64,000 bases of DNA from contig CAVZYD010000004.1 of NCBI GenBank assembly GCA_963779425.1, positions 189,849 to 253,848 on the forward strand. The letters run 5' to 3'. This document shows positions 25,331 through 35,871 of this stretch, piece after piece; positions within the stretch are counted from its first letter, which is position 1; each line of letters begins with the position of its first letter. Made by a program: the position numbers and the translations under genes. Under the pieces are notes generated by a model that saw only the letters and a list, made by a program, of their open reading frames with translations, did no database searches and was not told the DNA's origin. The DNA comes from an uncultured Acidimicrobiaceae bacterium (GTDB lineage Bacteria; Actinomycetota; Acidimicrobiia; Acidimicrobiales; Bog-793).

Positions 25331-26898
25331 GCTGCTCGCTCCTTTCCCGCCCTTTGGCGGCCGGTCTTGTCCTCACCCGAGCTCGTCGGGGCGGACCACA
25401 AGTAGTGCAAGGCGTAAGAGCGCCACGGGCGCCACGTCTCGGCGATCGAGGCGGCGCTTCGCGGGTCACCCGGCAGGCCGCGGGCCTCGAGTGCCCGCCT
25501 CACCCCGAGATCGCCAGGTAGAAACGCGTCGGGATCACCGAGTGCGCGCAGGCGCACGTAGGCCACCGTCCACGGCCCGATGCCCGGAATGGCGAGCAAC
25601 TGGTCCGTCACGGCGTCCCTGTCGGCACCGGCGTCGAGGACCACGTCCCCGGACGCCAGGACAGCCGCGAGCCGGATCACCGCCCGCGCCCGGCCGGCAG
25701 GCATCGGCAGTTGTTCGGGCGCGAGCGCCGCGATCACCTCCGCTCGAGGAAAAAGGCACGTGAGGGTCCCGGAGGCTTCGCCAAGTCTGCGCCCGTGCTC
25801 GCAGGCAAGCCGACCTGCGATGGTACGGGCGCCGGCGACGCTTACCTGTTGGCCGAGCACGGCCCGAAAGGCAAGCTCGTCACCGTCCACATGCCCGGGC
25901 GTCCTCAGGCCAGGAAGCGCCTTCACCGACGTACCCAGCACAGCGTCGCCACCGAGAGCCCCGCAGACCGCGACGGGGTCGGCGTCGAGATCGAACAGCC
26001 GGCGCAGCCGCCGGACAGCGGCGGTCAGGTCACGGAGGTCCTCGAGTGCCAGCAGGCATCTCAGGTAGCCCTCGCCAGCGCCGTCGAGACTGACCTCGGT
26101 GACGCCGCTTCCCCGCGGCAAGCTGAGCGTCCTGCGGTAATGCTCGAGATCGCCTTCTTCGACCCCGGGGATCGTCCGAGCGGCGAGGAACCCGAAAAGC
26201 TGGGACGCCTGCAAGGGAGAGCGGTAGGCAAGCCTCAGCGCCACGGTGCCGGGCGCGGCCCAAGAAGCATCACGCGTCCCGCGACGGGCGACGGCACGGG
26301 CCCTGAGCGCCATCGGCGCTACGGCGAAGACCTCCTGCACCGTCTCGTTGAACTGCCTGACGCTGGAAAAACCGGCCGCGAAAGCGATCTCGGCGGCCCT
26401 TAGCTGGGTCGTCTCGAGCAGGATCCGTGCCGTCTGGGCTCGTTGCGCGCGGGCAAGCGCGAGCGGGCCTGCTCCCACCTCGGCGATGAGCAACCTATTG
26501 AGATGGCGTTCGCTGTAGCCGAGGCGGCGGGAGAGGCCCGGTACGCCTTCCCGGTCGACGACGCCGTCGGCGATGAGGCGCATGGCACGACCGACCACGT
26601 CGGCCCGACGGTCCCATTCCGGTGACCCGGGCGTGGCGTCGGGGATGCACCGCTTGCAAGCCCGAAAGCCTGCCCGCTGCGCCGCAGCAGCCGTCGCGAA
26701 AAAACGCACCCTCGATGGCCGGGCGGGCGGGGACGGGCAGCTCGGACGGCAATAGACCCCTGTCGAGGTGACAGCGGCGAAGAACCAGCCGTCGAAACGC
26801 GCGTCGCGGCTGCGCATCGCGAGATAGCGCGCGTCGTCGTCGAGAGGCGCCGAGATGGCCTCTTTGGACAGCGCAACGCTGATCGGCGACTCGGGCAT
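25327..26898 (-). CDS. alkA: Ada N-terminal Zn domain + AraC HTH + AlkA DNA-3-methyladenine glycosylase II fusion
   Basis: Cys cluster is YCRPSCPSP...CKRCIP. AraC HTH is RILLETTQLRAAEIAFAAGFSSVRQFN. The C-terminal HhH glycosylase region reads LLAIPGIGPWTVAYVRLRALGDPDAF. Confidence 0.85.
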   Translation of the reverse strand: MPESPISVALSKEAISAPLDDDARYLAMRSRDARFDGWFFAAVTSTGVYCRPSCPSPPARPSRVRFFATAAAAQRAGFRACKRCIPDATPGSPEWDRRADVVGRAMRLIADGVVDREGVPGLSRRLGYSERHLNRLLIAEVGAGPLALARAQRAQTARILLETTQLRAAEIAFAAGFSSVRQFNETVQEVFAVAPMALRARAVARRGTRDASWAAPGTVALRLAYRSPLQASQLFGFLAARTIPGVEEGDLEHYRRTLSLPRGSGVTEVSLDGAGEGYLRCLLALEDLRDLTAAVRRLRRLFDLDADPVAVCGALGGDAVLGTSVKALPGLRTPGHVDGDELAFRAVLGQQVSVAGARTIAGRLACEHGRRLGEASGTLTCLFPRAEVIAALAPEQLPMPAGRARAVIRLAAVLASGDVVLDAGADRDAVTDQLLAIPGIGPWTVAYVRLRALGDPDAFLPGDLGVRRALEARGLPGDPRSAASIAETWRPWRSYALHYLWSAPTSSGEDKTGRQRAGKERAA

Positions 26899-27108
26899 GT
26901 TTCGAGTCTGTCAGGCTGCGGGCCGTCAGTCTGGCGGAAATCGGACAAAGGCATTGTTTCCCCTCGGGGCCGGACAATGGGACAACTCGCACGAGGAGCG
27001 AGGCCAAAAGCGTCTCGCCCCGGAGCTCGGGCTCGAGCCTTCGACGCGAAGACATCGCGGCCCGTCCGGGGCGGTCGCGAAACGAGGCGCCGTCTTTATG
27101 ATGCCGCC

Positions 27109-27594
27109 ATGGAGAACCTGCGAGTGCGGCCGATGACATCGAGCGAATTCGAGACTTTCCGGGCTCGACTCGTGCGGGACTACGCGGCTGAGCACATCAA
27201 GGCGGGCAACTGGGCCCAGGCGGAGGCAGAGACGCGTTCGGCTGAGCAGACCGACGAGCTCCTGCCAAAAGGAGTGGACACGCCCGGTATGTTGCTGCTC
27301 GTGGCCGAGACGAGCGACGGCAAGCCCGTAGGTCACGTATGGGTCGCGCTCGAGCGTCGCCCTGGCTCCCCGGGCGCCTGGATCTATGCAATCGAGATCG
27401 CCGCCGACCAGCGCGGCAAGGGCTTCGGGCGGTCTCTGCTGCTCGCCGCCGAGCAGGAGGCGGCACGACGCGGCGAGGCGACGATCGGTCTGAACGTGTT
27501 CGGGCCGAACACGGTGGCGCGCAACCTCTACGAGTCGGCCGGCTACGAGGTCGTCTCCCTGCAGATGCGAAAGCAGCTGGCGCCGTCTGAGTGA
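27109..27594 (+). CDS. GNAT family N-acetyltransferase
   Basis: Acetyl-CoA motif is IEIAADQRGKGFGRSLLLAAEQEA. Confidence 0.8.
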   Translation: MENLRVRPMTSSEFETFRARLVRDYAAEHIKAGNWAQAEAETRSAEQTDELLPKGVDTPGMLLLVAETSDGKPVGHVWVALERRPGSPGAWIYAIEIAADQRGKGFGRSLLLAAEQEAARRGEATIGLNVFGPNTVARNLYESAGYEVVSLQMRKQLAPSE

Positions 27595-27658
27595 CGACCT
27601 GCGAGCGCACGGTCGCGGGGGTCCGCCGTACTGTGGGCCGGGAAAAGGAGGTCGCACC

Positions 27659-29053
27659 GTGCCACTTCACGAGCACACGACAGAGCCGGCCAAAGACGAC
27701 GACTTGAGCTTCAGGCCGCAGTTCTGTCAGCAGGGCGAGACCGGCGACATACCGCGGCTGCGCCTCGCCGATCAGGGAATGCCTCCCCGCACGGCGTTCC
27801 AGATCATCCACGACGAGTTGATGCTGGACGGCAACGCCCGCCTCAACCTCGCCACCTTCGTGACGACCTGGATGGAGCCAGAAGCCGAGCTCTTGATGTC
27901 CGAGTGCGCCTCGAAGAACATGATCGACAAGGACGAGTATCCGCAAACAGCCGAGATAGAGCGGCGCTGCGTGAACATCCTGGCGCGCCTGTGGCACGCC
28001 GAGGGCTCGAGTGCCACGGGATGCTCGACGACCGGTTCGAGCGAGGCGTGCATGCTGGGTGGCCTCGCCCTCAAATGGCGCTGGAGAGAGCGACGCACAC
28101 GCGCCGGGCTCGCGGCGGACAGGCCGAACCTCGTCATGGGGGCGAACGTCCAGGTGTGCTGGGAGAAGTTCTGCCGCTACTTCGACGTCGAGGCGCGCCT
28201 CGTCCCCGTCGGCCCGGAAACGGCCCATCTCACTGCCTCGAGCGCCGTAACGGCTTGTGACGAGAACACGATCGGCGTCGTCGCCGTCCTTGGATCGACC
28301 TACGACGGCGCTTACGAGCCGGTGGCCGAGATCGCCGCCGCCCTGGACGCGCTCGAGAACGGAGGCGGCCCTCACGTGCCGATGCACGTGGACGGAGCAT
28401 CCGGCGCCATGGTGGCCCCTTTTCTCGACGCGAAGCTGCGCTGGGACTTCAGGGTGCCACGGGTGCAATCCATCAACGTCTCGGGACACAAGTTCGGCCT
28501 CGTGTATCCAGGCGTCGGTTGGATCTTGTGGCGCGACGCCGAAGCCCTCCCGGACGAGCTGATCTTCAAGGTCAACTATCTCGGAGGCGAGATGCCGACG
28601 TTCGCCCTGAACTTTTCCCGGCCAGGGGCCCAGGTCGTGGCGCAGTACTTCAACTTCTTGCGGCTCGGCCGCGACGGCTACCGCGACGTCCAAGCGGCCT
28701 GCCGGGCTACGGCGCAGTGGCTGGCGGGCGAGATCGAGCGCCTCGGCCCGTTCACGCTCGTCTCCCGGGCCGAAGGCATCCCCGTGTTTGCTTTCCGCCT
28801 CAGCGACGACCTCCCCTACAGCGTCTACGACGTCTCAGAGGGGCTCCGCGCCCGGGGCTGGCTAGTGCCCGCTTATACACTGCCGCCGGCGCTGGAGGAC
28901 GTATCGGTGCTGCGTGTCGTGGTCCGCAACGGCTTCAGCCGTGACCTCGCCAAGATGCTGCTGGACGACTTGGCAAGGGTCACGCAGAACTTGGCGACCT
29001 CGGCCGGGACTGTCCGGGGACCGACGAAGGATCACAAGAGCTTCCACCATTGA
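27659..29053 (+). CDS. gadB: Glutamate decarboxylase (PLP-dependent)
   Basis: Contains MLDGNARLNLATFVTTWMEPEA and SINVSGHKFGLVYPGVGW (PLP lysine). AAGGAGG lies upstream of the GTG start. Confidence 0.85.
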   Translation: MPLHEHTTEPAKDDDLSFRPQFCQQGETGDIPRLRLADQGMPPRTAFQIIHDELMLDGNARLNLATFVTTWMEPEAELLMSECASKNMIDKDEYPQTAEIERRCVNILARLWHAEGSSATGCSTTGSSEACMLGGLALKWRWRERRTRAGLAADRPNLVMGANVQVCWEKFCRYFDVEARLVPVGPETAHLTASSAVTACDENTIGVVAVLGSTYDGAYEPVAEIAAALDALENGGGPHVPMHVDGASGAMVAPFLDAKLRWDFRVPRVQSINVSGHKFGLVYPGVGWILWRDAEALPDELIFKVNYLGGEMPTFALNFSRPGAQVVAQYFNFLRLGRDGYRDVQAACRATAQWLAGEIERLGPFTLVSRAEGIPVFAFRLSDDLPYSVYDVSEGLRARGWLVPAYTLPPALEDVSVLRVVVRNGFSRDLAKMLLDDLARVTQNLATSAGTVRGPTKDHKSFHH

Positions 29054-30056
29054 GCTCGGCTCCGGCGGCCGTCGAGCGACCGCCGCTCTCGGGCGGGACG
29101 GCGCCGTCGAAGCTCACCTGCACTAGTTCCTCGGGGCGGCGGCGGTTCTGCTCGGCCTGGGCGGCCAGCACCTCGCGGTCGGCACGGGTGAGCGGAGGCT
29201 GAACCATGGAGCGGGGCCAGAGGCGGCGGCTCAGGACGACGTTGAGCTCGGAGGTGTAGGCGACAAGCCGCGTGACGAGCGAGATCCAGAACACCAAGCC
29301 GAGTACGAAGGCGAACACGCCGTAAACGGCCGAGTTCTTCAATTGGTGACCGACGAGGTAGACCCCGAGGGTCTGCAGCACCGTCCAGCCAATTCCCCCA
29401 ACGAGCGCTCCAGGCAAAAGACTCCTCGTCCTCACCACCGAAGGCGTGAGAAACCGGTAACCGAGGATGAATTGGGCACAGGCCACGAAAAGGGAGAGTA
29501 AGACAGCACCGGCGTCCACCCAAAAAGGCCTTGAGGCGGTGTTCGTGGCGACCCCGCTCAAAAACGTCGAGACGATGAGGCCGACACCGAGCCACAAGAT
29601 GAACTCGGCGCTGCGGCCCGTGCGCTTCAAGAAGTTGACGCGCTCTGGACCGGGAAGGTTCCAGATCTGCTCCATGGCATAGATGCCGTTGCCGGCCAGG
29701 GAGAACGAGCCGTAGAAGAGCAAGACGACCGCCACGACAAGCCCGATGAGGCTGTTGCGGTGCAAAGCGTGCACGTTAGAACGAAGCTCGCTGCCCATGA
29801 GGGGAAATTGGGCGAAGGTCGAGCGCAGGATGTCGCCGCGAAGATGCGGATCGCTGCTGAGCACGAGACCGAGGACCGTCACGAGCAGCAAGAGCAAGGG
29901 GAAAAAGGTGACGAAGCCAGAAAAGGCAAGCAAAGAGGCCAGGTTGCCGGCGCTGTCGTCGCCGTACTTCTTCATGACGGCGAAACCCACGGCCAAAGTG
30001 GTGTGGCGCTGCTGGACCTGGTCGGCCACACGCAGAGCGCGCTTTAAAACGTTCAC
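28980..30056 (-). CDS. YihY/BrkB family membrane protein
   Basis: GTG at 30056 is preceded by GGAGGA. N-terminus reads VLKRAL...KYGDDSAGNLASLLAFSGFVTFFPLLLL, with about 6 TM helices. Confidence 0.75.
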   Translation of the reverse strand: MNVLKRALRVADQVQQRHTTLAVGFAVMKKYGDDSAGNLASLLAFSGFVTFFPLLLLLVTVLGLVLSSDPHLRGDILRSTFAQFPLMGSELRSNVHALHRNSLIGLVVAVVLLFYGSFSLAGNGIYAMEQIWNLPGPERVNFLKRTGRSAEFILWLGVGLIVSTFLSGVATNTASRPFWVDAGAVLLSLFVACAQFILGYRFLTPSVVRTRSLLPGALVGGIGWTVLQTLGVYLVGHQLKNSAVYGVFAFVLGLVFWISLVTRLVAYTSELNVVLSRRLWPRSMVQPPLTRADREVLAAQAEQNRRRPEELVQVSFDGAVPPESGGRSTAAGAELNGGSSCDPSSVPGQSRPRSPSSA

Positions 30057-30191
30057 TCCCCGATTTCCTCCATGAGCCGGCGCACTGACTGTCGCCTTGT
30101 GTACCCCGAGCGAGCCCTTATCTATCCCAACCTTGCATCTGGGCCATCCCCCGACGACGAACACCTCCTCGTTACCATCGGGCCAGCCTCG

Positions 30192-30791
30192 ATGAAAAGG
30201 AAGTCCATGGACGCGCAAGTGACATCCGAAGTGGAGATCCGCGCAAGCGCCCGACGTCGCAAGACCGGGGTCGCCTTCTGGGAGGCGGGCCACGTCGTCG
30301 TTGTCGTACCAGAACGCATGTCGCGTGCCGCCAGGGAGGTGTTCGCCGAGCAGCTGGTACAACACCTCATGCAACGCACCGGCCGCCGTCATGCTTCCGA
30401 TTCCAGCCTCGAGGCTCGCGCCGGACATCTTGCGGACCGGTACCTCGACGGCGTTCGGCCCGCCTCGATTCGCTGGTCCGGCCGCCAGCAGCGCCGCTGG
30501 GGTTCCTGTTCGCTCCATTCACGCGAGATCCGCATCGCCTCGCGGCTGCAGACCATCCCCGAGTGGGTCCTCGATGGGGTCATCGTCCACGAGCTGGCTC
30601 ATCTCCTCGAGGCCGGCCACACGCCCCGGTTCTACGAGCTCGCCAACCGCTATCCCCGCCAGGCCGAGGCGCACACCTACCTCGACGGTTTCGGACACGG
30701 CCTCACCACAGCCGGTGTCCCGCCGAGCGGCGAAGAAGCGGTCGAGAATGACGACCAAGGCGCCGGGGGCATCGCCGCCTGTACCTGGTGA
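30192..30791 (+). CDS. YgjP-like (DUF45) HExxH metal-dependent hydrolase
   Basis: Contains VEIRASARRRKT, WGSCSLHSREIRIASRL and VIVHELAHLLEAGH. Confidence 0.75.
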   Translation: MKRKSMDAQVTSEVEIRASARRRKTGVAFWEAGHVVVVVPERMSRAAREVFAEQLVQHLMQRTGRRHASDSSLEARAGHLADRYLDGVRPASIRWSGRQQRRWGSCSLHSREIRIASRLQTIPEWVLDGVIVHELAHLLEAGHTPRFYELANRYPRQAEAHTYLDGFGHGLTTAGVPPSGEEAVENDDQGAGGIAACTW

Positions 30792-31157
30792 ACGTGCTTA
30801 GGCGCTGAGCCACTCGATTACAGGTCCGTTGCAAGACCGCTGAGCCGGGCGCCCGGAATGGTCGGCGTAGTTACCATTCGGGTTAGCGCTCAAGTTGGCC
30901 TTGCCCTGAAACTGTCTGTGACGGCGTGTGCGGCTGCGCCGGACCAAACAGCAGGGGGCTGGAGAACGACCTGCGGCGGGACTTGCCTCTCGAAAGGAGC
31001 CCGGGCCCATCGGCTATATGCAACCGGTCGGGGATGGGGTCGTCGTGGCGCGGCGGCGATCTTCTGAGTACATGCCTGGCTGGTCCGCCTGATGTTCCGC
31101 TTGACGGCGAGCGGCAGTGGCCCGATCGCCCGAGTGGTGTCGCGTACCCGCGAGGTG

Positions 31158-32789
31158 ATGGAGCCCCTCCCCGTGGAAAGCGTTGACGTCCCTCGGTCTC
31201 CCGATGGCGAGCCCGAGATGGCCGTCCGCTTGACAACGATGCGCCGGCGCCTCGGCCTGGCGACGCTGCTTTTGGTCCTGTTCCTCACCTTCATGGACAA
31301 CACGGTGATCAGCGTCACCCTCGCCAACGTGCAGTCGACCCTGCACACTGGCATCAGCCAGCTGCAATGGGTGATCAACGGTTACGCCCTCGTGTTCGCA
31401 AGCTTCATGTTGCTCTTCGGCACCCTGGGTGACCAGCTCGGCCGCAAGAAGGTGATGCTGTCGGGCGTCGTGATGTTCTGTGCCGGCTCGGTCGTCGCCG
31501 CGGTAGCCCAGAATGCCGACACCCTCATCGCCGGCCGGGTGATCATGGGCCTCGGCGCAGCGGCGTCCGAACCTGGAACCCTCTCGATGATCCGCCACCT
31601 TTACCCCGAGAAACGAGCACGAGCCAAGGCGCTCGGGATCTGGGCCGGCGTGTCGGGCCTCGCGCTCGCTATGGGACCGTTGATCGGTGGCGTGCTTGTG
31701 GGCGTGTACTCGTTCCGTGCCGTCTTCTGGTTCAACCTGTTCTTCGGGCTGGTGGCGCTCGTCGGCGCGGCGGTTATCCTGCCCGAGAGCGCGAACTCGG
31801 TTCGCTTCCGCCTGGACTTCGCGGGCTTCCTTCTCGGCGCGGGAGCGCTCGCCGCCGCGTCTTTCGCCATCATCCAGGGAGAGACTGCTGGTTACAAGAA
31901 CGTGAGGATCGACATCCTCTTCGCCGCTTCGTTGCTGCTCGCCGTCTTCTTCGTGTTCTACGAACGCACTGTCGCCCACCCGATCCTCGACGTGTCGTTC
32001 TTCAAACGCTCGGCCTTTGCCGGCAGCAACGTCGTCGCCTTTTGCACGTACTTCGGCACCTTCTCGATATTCTTCTTCGTTGCCCTGTACCTCCAAGACG
32101 TGGGAACGAGCTCGGGCTACGGGACGGCTTTGGATTTCGCCCCCATGGCCGCGGCGATGATCCTCGCCTCGGTGTTCGCCGGGCGTTGGGTGGCGCGATC
32201 GGGCCCGAGGCTGCCGATGACAGTCGGTTGCGCGTTGGCAGGAATTGGCATCATCCTGACCGAAGTCGTCCTGACGCCGAACTCAGGCTTGTCCACTCTC
32301 GGCTGGACGCTCCCGATCGCCGGCGCTGGCTTCGGCATCGCGATCGTGCCGGTCACCTCTACGGCCCTGTCCTCCATCCCCGCCGATCACTCCGGCATGG
32401 CCGCGTCTGCGACCAACACGAGCCGCGAGCTCGGAGCCGTCGCCGGCGTCGCCATCCTCGGCTCGATGGTGAACGGCCAGCTCATCTCGAGCCTGGTGCG
32501 CCAGCTCGACCAGATTGGCATCCCGAAGTCGTTCCAGAACGAAGTCATCACAGCTGTCACGACCGGGACGTTCAGCTCCCAGGCCAGGCAGTTCAGGGGC
32601 ACCCCGGCGATCACCAAGATCGTGCACGAAGTGACCCAAGCGGCTTATGTAGCTTTCGGGCACGGGCTCGACGCCGCCCTGTCTAGCGCGGCATCGATGA
32701 TGCTCATCTGTTCCATCGTCGCAGCCGTCACGATGCGGCGGGCGCGCAACAGGGCATCGGTCCCGTTGGCGGTCGACCCCGAGGACTGA
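31158..32789 (+). CDS. MFS transporter, DHA2 (EmrB/QacA, 14-TMS) type
   Basis: Contains FMDNTVISVTLANVQ, LGDQLGRKKVML and AGRVIMGLGAAASEP. The start is approximate. Confidence 0.8.
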   Translation: MEPLPVESVDVPRSPDGEPEMAVRLTTMRRRLGLATLLLVLFLTFMDNTVISVTLANVQSTLHTGISQLQWVINGYALVFASFMLLFGTLGDQLGRKKVMLSGVVMFCAGSVVAAVAQNADTLIAGRVIMGLGAAASEPGTLSMIRHLYPEKRARAKALGIWAGVSGLALAMGPLIGGVLVGVYSFRAVFWFNLFFGLVALVGAAVILPESANSVRFRLDFAGFLLGAGALAAASFAIIQGETAGYKNVRIDILFAASLLLAVFFVFYERTVAHPILDVSFFKRSAFAGSNVVAFCTYFGTFSIFFFVALYLQDVGTSSGYGTALDFAPMAAAMILASVFAGRWVARSGPRLPMTVGCALAGIGIILTEVVLTPNSGLSTLGWTLPIAGAGFGIAIVPVTSTALSSIPADHSGMAASATNTSRELGAVAGVAILGSMVNGQLISSLVRQLDQIGIPKSFQNEVITAVTTGTFSSQARQFRGTPAITKIVHEVTQAAYVAFGHGLDAALSSAASMMLICSIVAAVTMRRARNRASVPLAVDPED

Positions 32790-33104
32790 GCCGCCAAACG
32801 GCGTGGCGAGCTCGGCGCCGGCTCGTCGTCGTCGGGGCAGTTCCCCCGCCCTGTCACGCACGGCACCCCCGCTACGCTTGGCATCCGCACTCGCACGGCA
32901 CCGCCGTGAACGCGACGATGCACACCGGTTGGAGGACGTCTGGATGAGCTAAGCGGCCGAGCCGAGCTCGGCGACGACGGGCCTACCGCGCGGGCCCCGG
33001 CGGCGAGCTTCGGCTCCCCCGGGAGGTCAGGTCGGTTCCTGCCAGGGTCTCTCGCCAGCCCCGCCGCGCACTATGTCGCCCGGCGGGTCCTGCTCTCGAT
33101 CCCG

Positions 33105-33998
33105 GTGCTGTTTGGCGTCGTCGTCGTCACCTTCTTGCTCCTCCGGCTGATCCCGGGTGACCCGGCACGCACCCTGCTCGGAGTGCACGCTCCCCACTCC
33201 GCGGTGATCGCACTTCGTCACCAGCTCGGCTTGGACAAGCCGATCTGGATCCAGTTCTGGCACTATGCCGGCGGCCTCGTGCATGGCAACCTCGGCACCT
33301 CGATCTACTACCAGGCTCCCGTGACCTCGATCATCGCCCCATGCCTGCCCTTGACCGCAACGCTCGTACTGGTCGCCACCGTGTTCGCAATAGTGATCAC
33401 GGTCCCGCTGGCTGCGCTCGCCGCCACGCATCAAGAACGGACGAGCGACCACGCCGTACGCCTGTTCTCGCTGCTCGGGCTCGGGATGCCCTCGTTCTGG
33501 TTGGGCATCATCCTCGTCGTCTTCTTCTCGGTCGACCTGCATTGGTTCCCGGTCGGCGGTTACGGCACGACCTTTTGGCAACACCTGCACTCCCTGGTCC
33601 TGCCCGGGCTCTGTGCCGCCTTCGGCATCGTGCCGGTGCTCATCCGGAGCCTGCGCGTCGGCATGCTCGAGGTGCTCGGGGCCGACTTCGTCGCCACGGC
33701 GCGGGCAAAAGGGCTGCGCCCCTGGCGCGTCACCCTCCTGCACGTCGCCCGCAACGCCCTCATCCCGACCCTCACCCTGCTCGGGATAAACATCGCCTAC
33801 CTGATCGGCGGCACCGTCGTGATCGAGCGGGTCTTTGGTCTGAACGGGCTCGGTACCGCCATGTTGACTGCCATCGACGTCCGCGACTTCCCGGTCGTGC
33901 AGGGGATCACGCTCATCTACGCCCTCGGCGTGATCGGCGTGATCCTCGTGACCGATCTCATAACGGCGCGGCTCGACCCGAGGGTGCGGCTCAGATGA
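33105..33998 (+). CDS. ABC peptide/nickel-type permease (DppB/OppB-like); N-terminus unresolved
   Basis: Contains FLLLRLIPGDPARTLLG and the EAA-loop region ARAKGLRPWRVTLLHVARNALIP. The conserved N-terminal HYVARRVLLSIPVLFG is encoded in frame upstream of the first ATG/GTG/TTG. Confidence 0.75.
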   Translation: MLFGVVVVTFLLLRLIPGDPARTLLGVHAPHSAVIALRHQLGLDKPIWIQFWHYAGGLVHGNLGTSIYYQAPVTSIIAPCLPLTATLVLVATVFAIVITVPLAALAATHQERTSDHAVRLFSLLGLGMPSFWLGIILVVFFSVDLHWFPVGGYGTTFWQHLHSLVLPGLCAAFGIVPVLIRSLRVGMLEVLGADFVATARAKGLRPWRVTLLHVARNALIPTLTLLGINIAYLIGGTVVIERVFGLNGLGTAMLTAIDVRDFPVVQGITLIYALGVIGVILVTDLITARLDPRVRLR

Positions 33999-34876
33999 CT
34001 ACGGCGACGGCGACGGCGCTGCCGCTTTTCGAACCGGCCCAAGAAGTTGCCGGCAGGCCGTCGTTCTGGTCGCGGGCCCTCCACAGCCCGACGTTCATGG
34101 CCGGTGCCGTCATCACGGCCACGATCGTCGCCCTCGTGGTCTTGTCCCCGGTCATCGGGCGCTACAGCCCCGATGCCCTCGATCCGCTGCACCCCCTCTC
34201 GGGCCCGAGCGCGCTGCACTGGCTCGGGACCGACGAGCTCGGTCGCGACACCTGGTCGCGCGTGCTTTACGGCGGGCGCACGGACCTGCAGGTCGGAGTG
34301 CTCGCCGTCATCTTCCCGTTCTGCTTCGGCGTGTTCATCGGCACGGTATGTGGTTACTTCGGCGGCCGCCTGGACACGATAGTGATGCGGGTCGTGGACG
34401 TGGTGCTGGCATTCCCCTTCTACGTGTTGATCATCGCCCTCGTGTTCGCCGTAGGCGTCGGCACCCACGGCATCTACATCGCCTTCGGGCTCACCGACTG
34501 GGTCGTCTACGCGCGCACCACCAGGAGCGCCACCCTTCTCGCCCGCAACCTCGACTGGGTGGCCGCCGCGCAAGGAGGCGGCCTTTCTCGGGCAAGGGTG
34601 CTCTGGCGCCACATCTTGCCCAACACCATCACCCAGGCGATCGTTTACTCGATGTCTGACATCGTGATCGTGATCCTCGCCGTCGTCGCTCTCGGCTACC
34701 TGGGTCTCGGGATCCAGCCGCCCGCGCCCGACTGGGGATCGATGATCTACGACGGTCAGAATTTCCTCCAAAACGATCAGTGGATGGCGGTCTTCCCGGG
34801 GATCGCAGTCGTGTTCACAGGCATTGGCTTGTCGCTGCTAGGCGACGGCCTCGCGGACGTGTTGCGGCCCGAATGA
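33995..34876 (+). CDS. ABC peptide/nickel-type permease (DppC/OppC-like)
   Basis: ATGA overlap with the upstream gene. Contains HWLGTDELGRDTWSRVLYG. Confidence 0.85.
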   Translation: MTTATATALPLFEPAQEVAGRPSFWSRALHSPTFMAGAVITATIVALVVLSPVIGRYSPDALDPLHPLSGPSALHWLGTDELGRDTWSRVLYGGRTDLQVGVLAVIFPFCFGVFIGTVCGYFGGRLDTIVMRVVDVVLAFPFYVLIIALVFAVGVGTHGIYIAFGLTDWVVYARTTRSATLLARNLDWVAAAQGGGLSRARVLWRHILPNTITQAIVYSMSDIVIVILAVVALGYLGLGIQPPAPDWGSMIYDGQNFLQNDQWMAVFPGIAVVFTGIGLSLLGDGLADVLRPE

Positions 34877-35871
34877 CGCCCTTTTTGGAGGTAGAGGATC
34901 TCGTCGTAGAGATGCGCCGGCACGGCGCGGCCTTCCGGGCGGTGAAAGGCGTCTCGTTCTCGCTCGAGCGGGGCGACGCCCTCGCCCTTGTCGGCGAGTC
35001 GGGATGCGGCAAGAGCCTCACCCTGAGAGCGATCATGGGCCTGCTGCCGAGCGGCGGGCGGTTGTTGTCCGGCCGGATTGTCCTCGACGGTGTCGAGCTG
35101 CGCGGTGGCCTGCGTGGTCGCGGGCGCGGCTACCACCAGGGTGAACGCATGTCGATCGTCTTCCAGGACGCGCTGAGCGCTCTCAACCCCGTCGCGACGG
35201 TAGGCAGCCAGATCGCCGAGGCGCCGCGCCACGTCCTCGGCCTCGGCCGCAGAGCCTCAGTGGAAAGGGCCCTCGAACTGCTGCACCTGGTGGGGATCCC
35301 CGATCCGGAGCGTCGCTACCGTGCCTACCCCCACGAGCTCTCGGGCGGAACCCGCCAGCGGGTCATGATCGCCATCGCCCTGTCGTCCGAACCCGCACTC
35401 CTTTTGTGCGACGAGCCGACGACAGCCCTCGACGTCACGATCCAGACGCAGATCATCGCCCTTTTGGCCGACCTTCGGGTACAGCGCGGCCTTTCGCTGG
35501 TCTTTGTCACCCACGACCTCAGCGTCGTCAGCCAAGTCGCCGAGCAGCTCGCCGTCATGTACACGGGCCGCCTCGTCGAGACGGGGCCTACCGCCACCGT
35601 CCTCGCCGAGCCGCGGCACCCCTACACGGCAGGCCTGCTCGCGGCCGCCCTCGACGTCGACACGCCCGAACGCGAACCGCTTGCCATCCCCGGTTCGATC
35701 CCGGACCCGCTCCGGCTGCCGAGCGGCTGCACCTTCCACCCCCGCTGTGGGCTCGCCACGCCCGAATGCGTGAGCACAGACGTCTTCCTCGCGCCGGTCG
35801 GGTTCGGCCATTGTGCGGCCTGCCTGCATTCCAGCCAGCTAGCTGCCGTGCAAGGGGCCGGCCGTGCCTGA
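34873..35871 (+). CDS. ABC ATP-binding protein (DppD/OppD-like)
   Basis: Contains GESGCGKS, LSGGTRQRVMIA and LLLCDEPTTALD, plus the C-terminal oligopeptide-type CTFHPRC. ATGA overlap with the upstream gene. Confidence 0.9.
   Translation: MTPFLEVEDLVVEMRRHGAAFRAVKGVSFSLERGDALALVGESGCGKSLTLRAIMGLLPSGGRLLSGRIVLDGVELRGGLRGRGRGYHQGERMSIVFQDALSALNPVATVGSQIAEAPRHVLGLGRRASVERALELLHLVGIPDPERRYRAYPHELSGGTRQRVMIAIALSSEPALLLCDEPTTALDVTIQTQIIALLADLRVQRGLSLVFVTHDLSVVSQVAEQLAVMYTGRLVETGPTATVLAEPRHPYTAGLLAAALDVDTPEREPLAIPGSIPDPLRLPSGCTFHPRCGLATPECVSTDVFLAPVGFGHCAACLHSSQLAAVQGAGRA

Noticed and set aside
32931-32951. A mini-ORF (GGAGGA-N7-ATG AGC TAA) in the gap upstream of the Dpp-type operon, considered as a start-stop regulatory element.
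   Set aside because: It is a single occurrence with no supporting structure or conservation available, and it is compatible with chance.
33341-33994. The 511-aa ORF 33341..34876 taken as a single long protein.
   Set aside because: The first 218 codons are Arg/Pro-rich and overlap the DppB-like permease. The DppC-like sequence begins at the ATG at 33995.
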